A program made the translations under genes and the position numbers. Below the pieces are notes generated by a model. It was not told where the DNA came from. It was given only the letters and a program-made list of their open reading frames with translations, and ran no database searches. DNA of 64,000 nt, taken from an uncultured Pelagibacteraceae bacterium. GTDB taxonomy: Bacteria; Pseudomonadota; Alphaproteobacteria; Pelagibacterales; Pelagibacteraceae. The number at the start of each line of letters is the position of its first letter. The first letter of the stretch is position 1. Of the stretch, positions 38,387 through 48,448 are shown one piece after another. The stretch lies in NCBI GenBank assembly GCA_902555655.1, contig CACDSX010000002.1:21849-85848 (forward strand). Reading direction: 5' to 3'.

Positions 38387-39346
38387 ATGAAAAAAATTTT
38401 AGTTATTGGTGGTGGAGCTATGGGTTCAGCTTTTACTGTTCCTTGCATAGAAAATAACAATAAAGTGATTATTACAGAGCCATATAGTAAGATTTTTATT
38501 AAAGATCTTTCTTCAAAAAATAAATTTCACTCAGCTTTAAAGATAAAACTTCCAAAAAAATTACAATTTAAAAAATTTTCAAGGGAGTTATTAAAAGAAA
38601 AATTTGACCTAATTGTAATTGCTCTTAGTCTTTCAGGAATTGATTTTATAGGTAAGGAATTAAAAAATCTTAAAGTTAAAAACCCAATTTTAGTTCTAAC
38701 AAAAGGACTTAAATATGAAAAAAAAATTAATAAAATTTTGACTATTTCTGAACTATTAAAAAAAAACTATAAAGGAATGAATGTTTCAGTATTAAAGGGA
38801 CCTTGTTTAGCGAAAGAGTTAGCAAACAGGAGTCAAACGAGCGTAGTAATAGCAAATAGAAATCTAAAAGTTGCTAAATCAATTGGCAAACTTATTTCAA
38901 CAAAATATTATATTACTGAATATTCTAAAGATATTATTGGTGTTGAAGTATGTTCAGCAATTAAAAATATTTACGCTATGATAATAGGAGCTGGTCAAAG
39001 CTTAAATTCATCATCAAACTTATTTCAAAAATCATTGATAGAAATGAAATATTTAACTAGATACTTAAAAGGAAAAGATGAGACAACAGCAGGCCTTGCT
39101 GGTGTTGGAGATTTATATGTAAGTGCAGCAGGAGGCAGAAATAGTAAAATGGGCAGTTATTTAGGTAAAGGTTTTACTTTCAAAGCTGCAAAAAAAAAAT
39201 TTATGCCTAAAGATACTGTAGAGGGAGAGCAGCTTGCAAAAGAAATTGGACCGTTCATTTTGAAAAAATTGGACAAAAAGAAAATTCCTTTAATGTTTAA
39301 TTTGCTCAAAGCATTATTAAAAAACCAAACATTAAAATTAGTTTAA
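38387..39346 (+). CDS. NAD(P)H-dependent glycerol-3-phosphate dehydrogenase-like protein
   Basis: GGGAMGSA, TKG, GPCLAKE, AIKNIYA, GVGDL, GRN, TVEG. Confidence 0.75.
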   Translation: MKKILVIGGGAMGSAFTVPCIENNNKVIITEPYSKIFIKDLSSKNKFHSALKIKLPKKLQFKKFSRELLKEKFDLIVIALSLSGIDFIGKELKNLKVKNPILVLTKGLKYEKKINKILTISELLKKNYKGMNVSVLKGPCLAKELANRSQTSVVIANRNLKVAKSIGKLISTKYYITEYSKDIIGVEVCSAIKNIYAMIIGAGQSLNSSSNLFQKSLIEMKYLTRYLKGKDETTAGLAGVGDLYVSAAGGRNSKMGSYLGKGFTFKAAKKKFMPKDTVEGEQLAKEIGPFILKKLDKKKIPLMFNLLKALLKNQTLKLV

Positions 39347-39357
39347 AAATAATTGGA

Positions 39358-40644
39358 TTAATTTGAAAAGCCGTATTTTCTTAGTCTTGCATCACCTGTT
39401 CTAGCATGAGCTTCCATTCCTTCATATCTAGATATTCTAGCACATGCTGCGCCAACTGATTTAGTAGATTCTTTTGTCATTCTTTGAAAACTTAAAGTCT
39501 TTATAAATTTACCAACAAACAATCCACCTGTGTAACGACCAGCACCTTTAGTAGGTAATATGTGATTTGTACCTGAACACTTATCACCGTAAGCAACTGT
39601 TGTTTCTTCACCTATAAATAAAGAACCGTAATTTTTTAATCTTTTGTGGAACCATTCAAGGTTTTGAGTTTGTACCTCTAAGTGTTCTGGTGCATATTCA
39701 TCGCTAATTGAAGCCATTTCTTCATCAGTGTCACAAAGGATAACTTCACCATAATCTCTCCAGGCAGCTTCAGCACTAGTTCTGGGTAATTCAGGTAGTT
39801 CAGCAATCAATTCAGGAACTCTTTTCATTACTTCCTCTGCAACTCTTTTACTTGTCGTGTATAACCAAGCAGGAGAGTTGTAACCATGTTCTGCTTGACC
39901 TACTAAATCTACAGCAACCATTTCAGCATCAGCTTTATCATCCGCAATAACTGCTATTTCTGTTGGTCCTGCAAATAGATCAATTCCAACTTTTCCAAAT
40001 AATATTCTTTTAGCTTCAGCAACAAATTGATTTCCTGGTCCCACAAGAATATCTGCAGGAGGATTTTTAAACAAACCATTTGTCATTGCTGCAATTCCTG
40101 GAACTCCACCTAGATTTAATATTACATCTGCACCACATAAATCTGCAGTATAAATAATTGCAGGATGAGCACCCACACCTTCTTTGGGAGGACTACATGC
40201 AATTATGTTTTTAACTCCAGCTACTTTAGCAGTTGTTACACTCATTACTGCTGATGCAATATGTGCATATCTTCCGCCAGGTATATAGCATCCAGCTGTG
40301 TTAACAGGTATTAACTTTTGACCTGCATATAATCCTGGAGATAATTCAACTTCAAAATCTTGACCATAATTTTTTAATTGAGCCTCTGCAAATTTTCTTA
40401 CTCGTTCATGAGAAAATTGAATATCATCTTTTGTTTTTTGATCTAACTCTTTTTTAATTTTTTCTATTCTTTCTTGTGAAACAACTATCTCACCATCATA
40501 TTTATCAAACTTTTTTGTAAGACTAATGCAAGCTTCTTCTTTTGAATTTTCGATTTCTTTTAGAAGATTTTTTACTATTTCAGTAGTTTTCGAGTCATCT
40601 GTAGACGAAGTTTTTGGTGATTTTTTTAAGTATTGTATTGCCAT
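39358..40644 (-). CDS. hpsN: Sulfopropanediol (DHPS) 3-dehydrogenase, HisD-fold
   Basis: HisD fold (GPGN, AGPTE, QAEH, APEHL, GTNHILPT) with PGGRYAHIASA and GDKCSG variants that I recognise as HpsN-clade; no his genes nearby; sulfonate context. Confidence 0.75.
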   Translation of the reverse strand: MAIQYLKKSPKTSSTDDSKTTEIVKNLLKEIENSKEEACISLTKKFDKYDGEIVVSQERIEKIKKELDQKTKDDIQFSHERVRKFAEAQLKNYGQDFEVELSPGLYAGQKLIPVNTAGCYIPGGRYAHIASAVMSVTTAKVAGVKNIIACSPPKEGVGAHPAIIYTADLCGADVILNLGGVPGIAAMTNGLFKNPPADILVGPGNQFVAEAKRILFGKVGIDLFAGPTEIAVIADDKADAEMVAVDLVGQAEHGYNSPAWLYTTSKRVAEEVMKRVPELIAELPELPRTSAEAAWRDYGEVILCDTDEEMASISDEYAPEHLEVQTQNLEWFHKRLKNYGSLFIGEETTVAYGDKCSGTNHILPTKGAGRYTGGLFVGKFIKTLSFQRMTKESTKSVGAACARISRYEGMEAHARTGDARLRKYGFSN

Positions 40645-40738
40645 TGATTGTTTCCCCTGATTTGTTGAGAAGTATTTAAAGTATAAGTTCTTTTATTTCA
40701 ATCAAGAATTTGTAAAAATTATTAATTATTATTTAGAA

Positions 40739-41650
40739 TCAGTCTAAAGCGACGACCGCAGCCGCAATAGAGGCTAATCTTGCTTGAGCTTCATCAGAAC
40801 GACTTGTAATAACAACTGGAACTTTTCCACCAACCACAACCCCTGCGGCACATGCCCCAGAAAAATAAATCAACATTTTTACTAAACCATTTCCTGTCTC
40901 AACGCTCGGTACCAACAAGACATCTGCCATTCCAGCAACATCATTTTTAATACCTTTTATTGCAGCTGATTTTTTTGAAATACTATTGTCAAATGCAAGA
41001 GGACCAAACACATCAGCATTTAAATTCTCTTTTTTTGCAAGCTTTGTTAATTCCTCAGCATCTTTTGAACTTGGAACACTATCTAATACTTCCTCAGTAG
41101 CTGAAAGAATTGCTATCTTAGGCCTTTCAATACCAATTCTATTAGAAAAATTAATAACATTTTTTAAGATATGCATTTTTGTTTTTACATTTGGCAAAAC
41201 ATTTAAAGCACCATCAGTTATTATTAGAGGCTTATCCTCTTTATCAACTGTCATGTGCCAAATATGACTTAATCGAGTTTTTCCTAATAAATCATATTCT
41301 CTTTTCAAAACTTCTTTCATAAGAACATCAGTATGAATATGTCCTTTCACTATAATTTTAATTTTTTTTTCACTTGCTAATTTAGCTGCGATAGCTGCAG
41401 TATTATTTTCTACTGGTTCATGGATAATTTCAAATTTTGAGATATCCCATTTTAAATCCTCTGCACATTTTAATATTTCTTTTTCATCACCAATAAAAAT
41501 TGGTTCAATCAAATTTTCATTAACTGCATCTTGGACAGACAACATCGGCAAGGGTTTACCTGCGTTAACTATTCCAGCTTTAACACCTTTTTTTTTGTGA
41601 GCTACATTTAAAAGGTTAACTGGACAAACAATTTCTTTATTTGAAAGCAT
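40739..41650 (-). CDS. pta: Phosphate acetyl/butyryltransferase
   Basis: VKGHIHT, LSH, TDGALN, GPLAFDNSIS, GNGLVK, TSRSD. Confidence 0.82.
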   Translation of the reverse strand: MLSNKEIVCPVNLLNVAHKKKGVKAGIVNAGKPLPMLSVQDAVNENLIEPIFIGDEKEILKCAEDLKWDISKFEIIHEPVENNTAAIAAKLASEKKIKIIVKGHIHTDVLMKEVLKREYDLLGKTRLSHIWHMTVDKEDKPLIITDGALNVLPNVKTKMHILKNVINFSNRIGIERPKIAILSATEEVLDSVPSSKDAEELTKLAKKENLNADVFGPLAFDNSISKKSAAIKGIKNDVAGMADVLLVPSVETGNGLVKMLIYFSGACAAGVVVGGKVPVVITSRSDEAQARLASIAAAVVALD

Positions 41651-41655
41651 ATAGT

Positions 41656-42660
41656 CTAGTTGTTAAGAATTTTTAAATCTTTTTTAACAACATCATTTAT
41701 ATTTATCTCTTTTTTTGAGTTCATTTTAAATCTTTTATACTTATTTTGGCCAGGATACATTATTTCTTTTATTCCTTTTATTTTCGGTAATTTTTTAATT
41801 GTTTTTATATTGTTTTTAATTCTATTATTAAAATTATTTACAAATAAATTTGTTTTAAATGTGATAAACAAATGTCCAATATTTTGTGGACCTGAAAAAT
41901 CATCAAAAGGATCTTTAACTTTTCCAGCGTGGTTTCCACCAGTTAATACTCCACTTAAAATATCTACCATCCAAGCTAATCCTGACCCTCTAAATCCAGC
42001 TATTGGTAATTGAACTCCTTTTAAAGCTTCTTTAGCATTAGTGGTTGGCTTGCCAAATTTATCTAAAGCAACACCCTCAGGAATTTTTTGATTATTTCTT
42101 GCGGCAACTCTTATCTTTCCTCTATTAATCATTGAAATTGATGTATCTAAAATAAAGGGAATTTTTGATCCTGTAGGAGTTCCAAAACATATAGGATTTG
42201 TACCAAATAAACTTTTTAAAGCTCCGTGTGGAGCTACAGCAGGAGGAGCATTAGTATAAATCATTGTTATCAAATTTTTTTTAACAGCTTGTTCAGCGTA
42301 GTATCCTGAAAGTCCATAATGACCACTATTTTTCACAGCAACTAATCCAATACCAGTTTTTTTTGCATTTTTTATAGCTGTTTTAATTGCAATATCAGCA
42401 GCAACAAATCCTATACTATTGTTAGCATCTACATGTGAAATAGATTGAGAAATTTTTTTAATTCTAATTCTAGGTTTTGGATTGATAACTCTTTTTTTAA
42501 TTCGATCACAATACATCTTTAATCTTGATAAACCATGTCCATAAGCTCCTACTAATTCAGCATTAATTAAAGCGTTAGCTGAGATTAAAGCATGATCTTT
42601 ACTTAAACCATATTTTTGAAAAATCTTGATGATTTGTTTTTTTAGAAGAAGTGTTTTCAC
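41656..42660 (-). CDS. Ldh_2 family dehydrogenase (ComC/AllD-like)
   Basis: GHGLSRL, NSGHYG, FGTNPI, DTS, RGSGL, YPG motifs; GTG start. Confidence 0.85.
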   Translation of the reverse strand: MKTLLLKKQIIKIFQKYGLSKDHALISANALINAELVGAYGHGLSRLKMYCDRIKKRVINPKPRIRIKKISQSISHVDANNSIGFVAADIAIKTAIKNAKKTGIGLVAVKNSGHYGLSGYYAEQAVKKNLITMIYTNAPPAVAPHGALKSLFGTNPICFGTPTGSKIPFILDTSISMINRGKIRVAARNNQKIPEGVALDKFGKPTTNAKEALKGVQLPIAGFRGSGLAWMVDILSGVLTGGNHAGKVKDPFDDFSGPQNIGHLFITFKTNLFVNNFNNRIKNNIKTIKKLPKIKGIKEIMYPGQNKYKRFKMNSKKEININDVVKKDLKILNN

Positions 42661-43815
42661 TTATTTGAATATTTTTATATCCTCATTAAAGAATTTTTTA
42701 ATATCATTTATTAATAAATTTGGAACCTCTAAAGCTGCAAAATGACCACCTTTAGAAAATTTTTTCCATCTTTTTATATTAAAAATTCTGTTCACATATG
42801 ATTTTGGAGGCCATTCAAGCATTTCCTTTGGAAATTCTGCTATTGCAGTTGGTACTTTAATTTTCTTAAAATTTTGAGGAAAGGATCTTCCACCTTCTTT
42901 TCTCCTTCCGAAATATATCCAAGTAGCAGTATTAAAACTTTTGGTAATTATATAGATCATTATATTTGATATTAATTCATCTTTTGAAAATGTTTTTTCT
43001 ATATTGCCTGCTTTCAGATCTGACCAACCATGAAATTTTTCCAAAATCCATGCAGCTGTTCCTACAGGACTGTCTATCATTGAGTAAGATAAGGTTTGAG
43101 GTTTTGTAGCTTGTTGAGTTCTATATCCTTCCTGTGTTATTTGATCAAAATTAAATTTTTTTTCCCATTTTTTTTCATTAATATTTTTTGGTCCTTTTGG
43201 ATGTCTGAGTGGCAAGCAATTAATATGAATTCCTTTACAATATTTTGCACTATCAAGTCCAATCCAGCCTGCGATAGTTGCCCCCCAATCTCCACCTTGC
43301 ACAATATAATTTTTATAACCTAAATTTTTGACCATAAATTTATTTAGTATTTTACCAATCTTTCTAGGACCTAAAGCTTTTTTAATTGGTGTTGAAAAAC
43401 CAAATCCTGGTAATGATGGAACAATTACATCAAACCCATCTTCAATTTTTCCTCCAAATTTTTCTGGTTGTGCAAGTTTTGGAATAATATCTAAAAATTC
43501 AATTACACTTCCTGGCCATCCATGCAAAAGTAGTAGAGGTCTAGATTTAGGATTTTTACTTTTTGCTTTTATAAAATGTAGATTTATACCTTCGACATTG
43601 GTTTTATAGTTTTTAAAAGAATTAATTTTGTTTTCAGTCTTTTTCCAATCATATTTTGAAACCCAATATTGAGATAATTTTTTTAGAAAATTATAATTAG
43701 TTCCATATTCCCATCCATTTACATTTTGAATCATCTTCCACGGATAATTTCTTACTTTTTTATAAATGATATTAAGTGTGTTTTTAGGCACACTTATTTT
43801 GTATTGTCTGATCAT
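42661..43815 (-). CDS. Epoxide hydrolase (microsomal/EHN-type alpha/beta hydrolase)
   Basis: HGWPGS oxyanion motif, PSLPGFGFS, QGGDWG nucleophile, GGHFAALE catalytic His, N-terminal YW...YDW EHN region. Confidence 0.88.
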   Translation of the reverse strand: MIRQYKISVPKNTLNIIYKKVRNYPWKMIQNVNGWEYGTNYNFLKKLSQYWVSKYDWKKTENKINSFKNYKTNVEGINLHFIKAKSKNPKSRPLLLLHGWPGSVIEFLDIIPKLAQPEKFGGKIEDGFDVIVPSLPGFGFSTPIKKALGPRKIGKILNKFMVKNLGYKNYIVQGGDWGATIAGWIGLDSAKYCKGIHINCLPLRHPKGPKNINEKKWEKKFNFDQITQEGYRTQQATKPQTLSYSMIDSPVGTAAWILEKFHGWSDLKAGNIEKTFSKDELISNIMIYIITKSFNTATWIYFGRRKEGGRSFPQNFKKIKVPTAIAEFPKEMLEWPPKSYVNRIFNIKRWKKFSKGGHFAALEVPNLLINDIKKFFNEDIKIFK

Positions 43816-43818
43816 CAA

Positions 43819-45306
43819 TTAATTATGACTTATCCAGATCGTTTTTGTTTGAAGAAACGAATTTAGAGCCTCAGTACCTTGATCTCTACTTAATGAGCCT
43901 GATTGTTTATAACCACCAAATGGAGTTTTAATATCTCCTTCAGAAAAAGTGTTTACTGATACAGTTCCACAAGGCAAGCTTTTAGCCAAATGAAATGCTC
44001 TGTTTATATCTTGAGTAAATACACTAGCATGTAATCCATATTTAGAATTACTTGCAACTTTTAAAGCTTCTTCATCATTTTTAACTGTTAAAACACCGAG
44101 CACTGGTCCAAATATTTCTTCTTGAGCTATGGTCATATTTTCTTTTAATCCGTCAAATAAAGTTGGCCTTGCGTAAAAACCTTTTTGATTATTATTTGAA
44201 ACTCCTCCAGATAAAAGTTTTGCTCCCTCATCTATTCCTTTTTGGATATATCCATCAACAGTTTGTAAATGTCCTTTTGAAATCATAGATCCCATATTTG
44301 ATTTTAAATCTAATGGATCTCCTACTTTTAATTCTTTAACTTTTTTAATAACTTTGTCTAAAAATTCATCTTTTACTTTTTCATGAACTATCTGCCTCAT
44401 ATTTGCTGAACAGTTTTGTCCACCATTCCAAAATGCAGAATTAATAGCATTATCAATTAAGTCATCATTAATTTTAGCATCCTCTAAAACTATAAATGGA
44501 CTTTTTCCTCCCATCTCTAATGCTACAGGTTTCAAATTACTTTCACTTGAGTATTTTAAAAAATAACCACCTACTTCAGTTGAGCCTGTAAAAGAAACTG
44601 CATCAACATCTTTGTGTCGACCTAAAGCCTCACCAACATCGCCATAACCTGGTAGTACATTCAAAACTCCATCGGGTATTCCAGCCTCTTTTCCAATTTG
44701 AGCAACTCTAATTGCAGTAAGAGGCGTGTCTTCTGCTGGCTTAATTATTACCGAACATCCAGCTGCAAGAGCTGGTGCCATTTTCCATACCGCCATCATT
44801 AAAGGGAAGTTCCAAGGAACAATTCCAGCAATAACTCCTATTGGTTCTTTAACAATTAAACTAGTAATTGATGGTTCTGTTGGACCAATTTTTCCAAATA
44901 CTTTGTCAATTAATTCTCCATACCACTGAAAATGCATTGGCGCATCATTTGCAACTTCATTAATACAATCGGTGATAAGCTTACCTGTATCTATACATTC
45001 TAAAACTGAATTTTCATCACCATGTTTTCTAAGTAATTCAGCAAATTTTAATAAAACTTCTTTTCTAGATTCAGGTGAACTTCTTGACCAAACCCCACTA
45101 TTGAAAGCTTTCCTTGAAACTTTAACTGCTAAATCAACATCTTTATGATTACATTTTGCTACTGTACATAAAACTTCTCCAGTTGCAGGATTTATTGTTT
45201 CAAAGGTTTCTCCATCAATAGAATTGACATATTTTCCATCTACAAATGCTCTTCCTTCAAATTTTAGTTTACTGGCTATTACTTTATATTTGTTTTCTGA
45301 GCTCAT
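43819..45306 (-). CDS. Aldehyde dehydrogenase (PuuC-like)
   Basis: VPWNFPL, FTGSTEVG, EMGGKSP, NGGQNC, EEIFGP, PFGGYKQSG. Confidence 0.9.
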   Translation of the reverse strand: MSSENKYKVIASKLKFEGRAFVDGKYVNSIDGETFETINPATGEVLCTVAKCNHKDVDLAVKVSRKAFNSGVWSRSSPESRKEVLLKFAELLRKHGDENSVLECIDTGKLITDCINEVANDAPMHFQWYGELIDKVFGKIGPTEPSITSLIVKEPIGVIAGIVPWNFPLMMAVWKMAPALAAGCSVIIKPAEDTPLTAIRVAQIGKEAGIPDGVLNVLPGYGDVGEALGRHKDVDAVSFTGSTEVGGYFLKYSSESNLKPVALEMGGKSPFIVLEDAKINDDLIDNAINSAFWNGGQNCSANMRQIVHEKVKDEFLDKVIKKVKELKVGDPLDLKSNMGSMISKGHLQTVDGYIQKGIDEGAKLLSGGVSNNNQKGFYARPTLFDGLKENMTIAQEEIFGPVLGVLTVKNDEEALKVASNSKYGLHASVFTQDINRAFHLAKSLPCGTVSVNTFSEGDIKTPFGGYKQSGSLSRDQGTEALNSFLQTKTIWISHN

Positions 45307-45347
45307 AAATTTCTTTCTATAAATTGTGTTTTATTTTATTTCTAAAT

Positions 45348-45376
45348 TTTTAATCTAAGGCACCTTTAGATTAAAA
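45348..45376. promoter_or_regulatory. 11-bp inverted repeat in the divergent ALDH/dctP spacer
   Basis: TTTTAATCTAA-GGCACCT-TTAGATTAAAA. Confidence 0.4.
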
Positions 45377-45517
45377 TAAATAGATTAACTTCACATTATT
45401 TATACAACTTAAGATTGTAAGTTCATTTTGACCAAATAAGTTTCTTTTTTGTTTTACTTAAGGAGTTATTTGAATTTAAATAAAGATAATTTAATTAACT
45501 TAGAGGAGATAAATTAT

Positions 45518-46558
45518 ATGTTTATTAAAAAAATTTGCAGAACACTACTTAAAGTTTTTGCGATTGTTCTCTTTGCTCAAGCAGCATATGCAGAGGTAAC
45601 TCTTAAGCTTGGAACTACTGGTAGATTGGGTATGCCAATCGGTGATGCCATAGATCAAGCATTAATACCGGCTTTGGCAAAAGCATCTGGTGGTAAGATG
45701 AAAATTGAACCGCATTATCAAAAAAGTTTGTGTGCAGAACAGAAATGTGGTGAACAAGCCAATCAAGGACTTATAGCTCTATGGACTAGTTCTACCGCAA
45801 ACTATGGTAATTTTGGATCAGAGTTGGCGATTTTTGATTTGCCTTTCATCTTCAAATCACTAGAGGATGCAAAAAGAATATCAGATACATGGCTAGCTGA
45901 AAGACAGTGTAAACTTGCTCTTGAAAATGCAGGTCACATTTGCCTTTCTGTATATTCAAGTGGTGGATTTAGACAGCTTGGGAATGCAACTAAACCCATT
46001 CATGTTCCTAGTGATATGAAGGGACTGAAATGGCGAACTACCAAGAGTCCAGTTGAGTTCATGCTAGTTAAAAATTGGGGCGCAACTCCAACACCTTATG
46101 ATTGGAGCCAGTTATACTCAGGCCTACAGTCGGGTGTAGTTGAAGGTCAGTATGTAGCTAGTCCTTGGCAGCATGTAGCAAAACTTCATGAAGTTGCAAA
46201 ATACTTCACTGAGATTGGTGGAATGTGGTCAGGAAACATTTTAGCAATGGATGCAAAGCAGTATAATGCACTGTCTTCTCAAGAGAAGAAATGGTTACAT
46301 AAGGCAGCTGATGCTTATGGAGAGAAAGTAAACCAATTAGATAACGCTTGGATTAAGAATGGTGAAGATGCAATTAAAGCATCTGCAAAAGAGTGGTATG
46401 TACCAACTGAAGCGGAAATGACTAAGTGGAGAGCAGGTGCAATCGGTGCCTGGTTAGATGCTAAGGGTACTTTTGAACCAGAAATAGCCAAAAGAGTGCT
46501 TTTAGAACAAGGAATGGATGGATTTGTAGCTCAGTTAGAGAAAGCTGGAGCTCTGTAA
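45518..46558 (+). CDS. TRAP transporter substrate-binding protein (DctP family)
   Basis: ATG 45518 with AGGAG RBS; signal peptide; FDLPFIF, GFRQ, GLKWR, LYSGLQSGVVEG. Confidence 0.9.
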   Translation: MFIKKICRTLLKVFAIVLFAQAAYAEVTLKLGTTGRLGMPIGDAIDQALIPALAKASGGKMKIEPHYQKSLCAEQKCGEQANQGLIALWTSSTANYGNFGSELAIFDLPFIFKSLEDAKRISDTWLAERQCKLALENAGHICLSVYSSGGFRQLGNATKPIHVPSDMKGLKWRTTKSPVEFMLVKNWGATPTPYDWSQLYSGLQSGVVEGQYVASPWQHVAKLHEVAKYFTEIGGMWSGNILAMDAKQYNALSSQEKKWLHKAADAYGEKVNQLDNAWIKNGEDAIKASAKEWYVPTEAEMTKWRAGAIGAWLDAKGTFEPEIAKRVLLEQGMDGFVAQLEKAGAL

Positions 46559-46578
46559 ATCGTTCAACGAAAAACTGT

Positions 46579-46621
46579 GTAAAGATCATTTAGCTCAATT
46601 TTAGAACTAGATGATCTTTAC
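46579..46621 (+). other. Intercistronic stem-loop after dctP
   Basis: GTAAAGATCAT...ATGATCTTTAC arms with no U-tract; probably stabilises the mRNA. Confidence 0.6.
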
Positions 46622-46650
46622 CTAATACAAGTCATAACATATAAGCAACT

Positions 46651-47934
46651 ATGGAAAGTATAATTCTACTCGTAGTACTTCTTTTTCTAATTTTATTGGG
46701 TGCTCCGATTGGTTTCATACTAATACTGATACCATTTGTTTATATTTTATTTACCGACGCTGTACCGCTTGTTTTGATCCCTAGTCAAATGTTTAATGCT
46801 ATTGACTCGGTTCCATTAACTGCAATTGCGTTCTTTATGCTAACAGGTGAGCTAATGACAAGTGCTACGATTACAGACCGGTTAGTAGCTTTGAGTAGGG
46901 CATTAATAGGTCGTATACGAGGTGGGTTGGCTCAAGTTAATGTTCTTGTGAGTATGTTTTTTGCGGGGATGAATGGCTCTGTAGTAGCAGATACAGCTAC
47001 AGTCGGTGCATTAGTATTGCCAGCTATGAAAAAAGCTGGTTATCCTGCTGCGTTTTCAGCTGCAGTTACAGGTGTAAGCTCCACCATAGGAGGTATAATT
47101 CCACCTAGTATCATGATGATTGTACTTGCTAACTCAACTGAGATTTCAATTGCAGCATTATTTGCGGCAGGGATTATTCCAGGCGTGTTGATAGGCGTTG
47201 TGATCATGATAATCAATCATTACTTCGCAATCAAATATAACTTCGAGCGCAGTGATGAACCATTTTCGATACGTCGAGCTGGTAAAGAATTATATCGATC
47301 CTCATTCGCCCTTCTGATACCTTTAGTTTTAGTGGGTTCAGTAATGGGTGGTGTAGCATCGGTTGTTGAGGCAGGTGCTATCACAGCAATGGTAGCATTA
47401 TTTACAGGTGTATTTGTTTATCGAACTATTAAATGGAAAGACTGCACAGGTGCTTTTCGTCGAGCATTTCGTAATTCCGCAATGGTTTTTATTATCATTG
47501 CTGCGTCCGGACCCTTCAGTTGGTTACTTACCTCTCTAGGTGCAATCGGTGATCTTGAAAAATGGCTTCTGAGCCTTACAGAGTCTCCCATTATTTTTAT
47601 TTTAGCCGTAATTTTATTTATTTTTCTTCTTGGAACGGTAATGGATTCCGCGGTAAACATTATTATAGTTGGCCCAGTACTAGTTAATGTTATGGCTCAA
47701 GCTGGCTTTCCTGAGGTACAAGCAGCTATCGTTGTAATAGTTGGCTTCTTAATAGGCTCAGTAACCCCACCTGTTGGTGTTGCGTATTTTACTGCTGCAA
47801 CAATAGCACAAGTGCGTCTAGAAAAGGTTGCTATAGCGTTAATTCCTTATCTAGTTGGGCTGTTTTTACTTTTATTTTTTATCCTCGTTATTCCAGAGTT
47901 AACCATGTTTCTTCCTAACCTATTAAGTAATTAG
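46651..47934 (+). CDS. TRAP large permease (DctM)
   Basis: FFMLTGELM, GGLAQVNV, GSVVAD, IIPPS, TPPVG. Confidence 0.92.
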   Translation: MESIILLVVLLFLILLGAPIGFILILIPFVYILFTDAVPLVLIPSQMFNAIDSVPLTAIAFFMLTGELMTSATITDRLVALSRALIGRIRGGLAQVNVLVSMFFAGMNGSVVADTATVGALVLPAMKKAGYPAAFSAAVTGVSSTIGGIIPPSIMMIVLANSTEISIAALFAAGIIPGVLIGVVIMIINHYFAIKYNFERSDEPFSIRRAGKELYRSSFALLIPLVLVGSVMGGVASVVEAGAITAMVALFTGVFVYRTIKWKDCTGAFRRAFRNSAMVFIIIAASGPFSWLLTSLGAIGDLEKWLLSLTESPIIFILAVILFIFLLGTVMDSAVNIIIVGPVLVNVMAQAGFPEVQAAIVVIVGFLIGSVTPPVGVAYFTAATIAQVRLEKVAIALIPYLVGLFLLLFFILVIPELTMFLPNLLSN

Positions 47935-47938
47935 CGAT

Positions 47939-48448
47939 ATGTTAAAATTTTTTAACAACATTGACCGCTTTATCCATCGCATGTTGGAAGCTATGTGTTC
48001 ATTCTTTTTGGCTTCGATGGTTGGTTTTACCATTTATAACGTAACTATGCGATATGTTTTCAATAACCCTCCTGTTTGGGGTGATTTGCTAACAGTATTA
48101 AGTAATATTTGGTTGATGTTTATAGCACTTTCTCTCACAGCCAGAGATAATGAACACATAGCTTTAAATTTAATTTATGAAAAATTACCAAATAGACTTT
48201 CACTTTATATTCGCCAGTTCTGGAAACTTATGATTATGGTAATTGGTGTAGTCTTGATGATTTATGGAGTTGAACTTGTAGAGGGTATGCGAGGAAAGTA
48301 TTGGGAAATGTGGTATTTTGAAATTAGTTTACAGGGTATTGAATTCAAAGAGAATTATATGCCAAAGAAATATGCTGTTGCAATCTTGCCGTTAGCTGGA
48401 TTTTTGACGACCATTGGTGCTGCTATTAGTTTTGTAAAAAAGGTCTAG
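47939..48448 (+). CDS. TRAP small permease (DctQ)
   Basis: RYVFNNPPVW and EHI motifs; four TM. Confidence 0.88.
   Translation: MLKFFNNIDRFIHRMLEAMCSFFLASMVGFTIYNVTMRYVFNNPPVWGDLLTVLSNIWLMFIALSLTARDNEHIALNLIYEKLPNRLSLYIRQFWKLMIMVIGVVLMIYGVELVEGMRGKYWEMWYFEISLQGIEFKENYMPKKYAVAILPLAGFLTTIGAAISFVKKV

Noticed and set aside
45449-45517. TTG start for dctP at 45449
   Set aside because: ATG 45518 has a good RBS and gives a proper signal peptide
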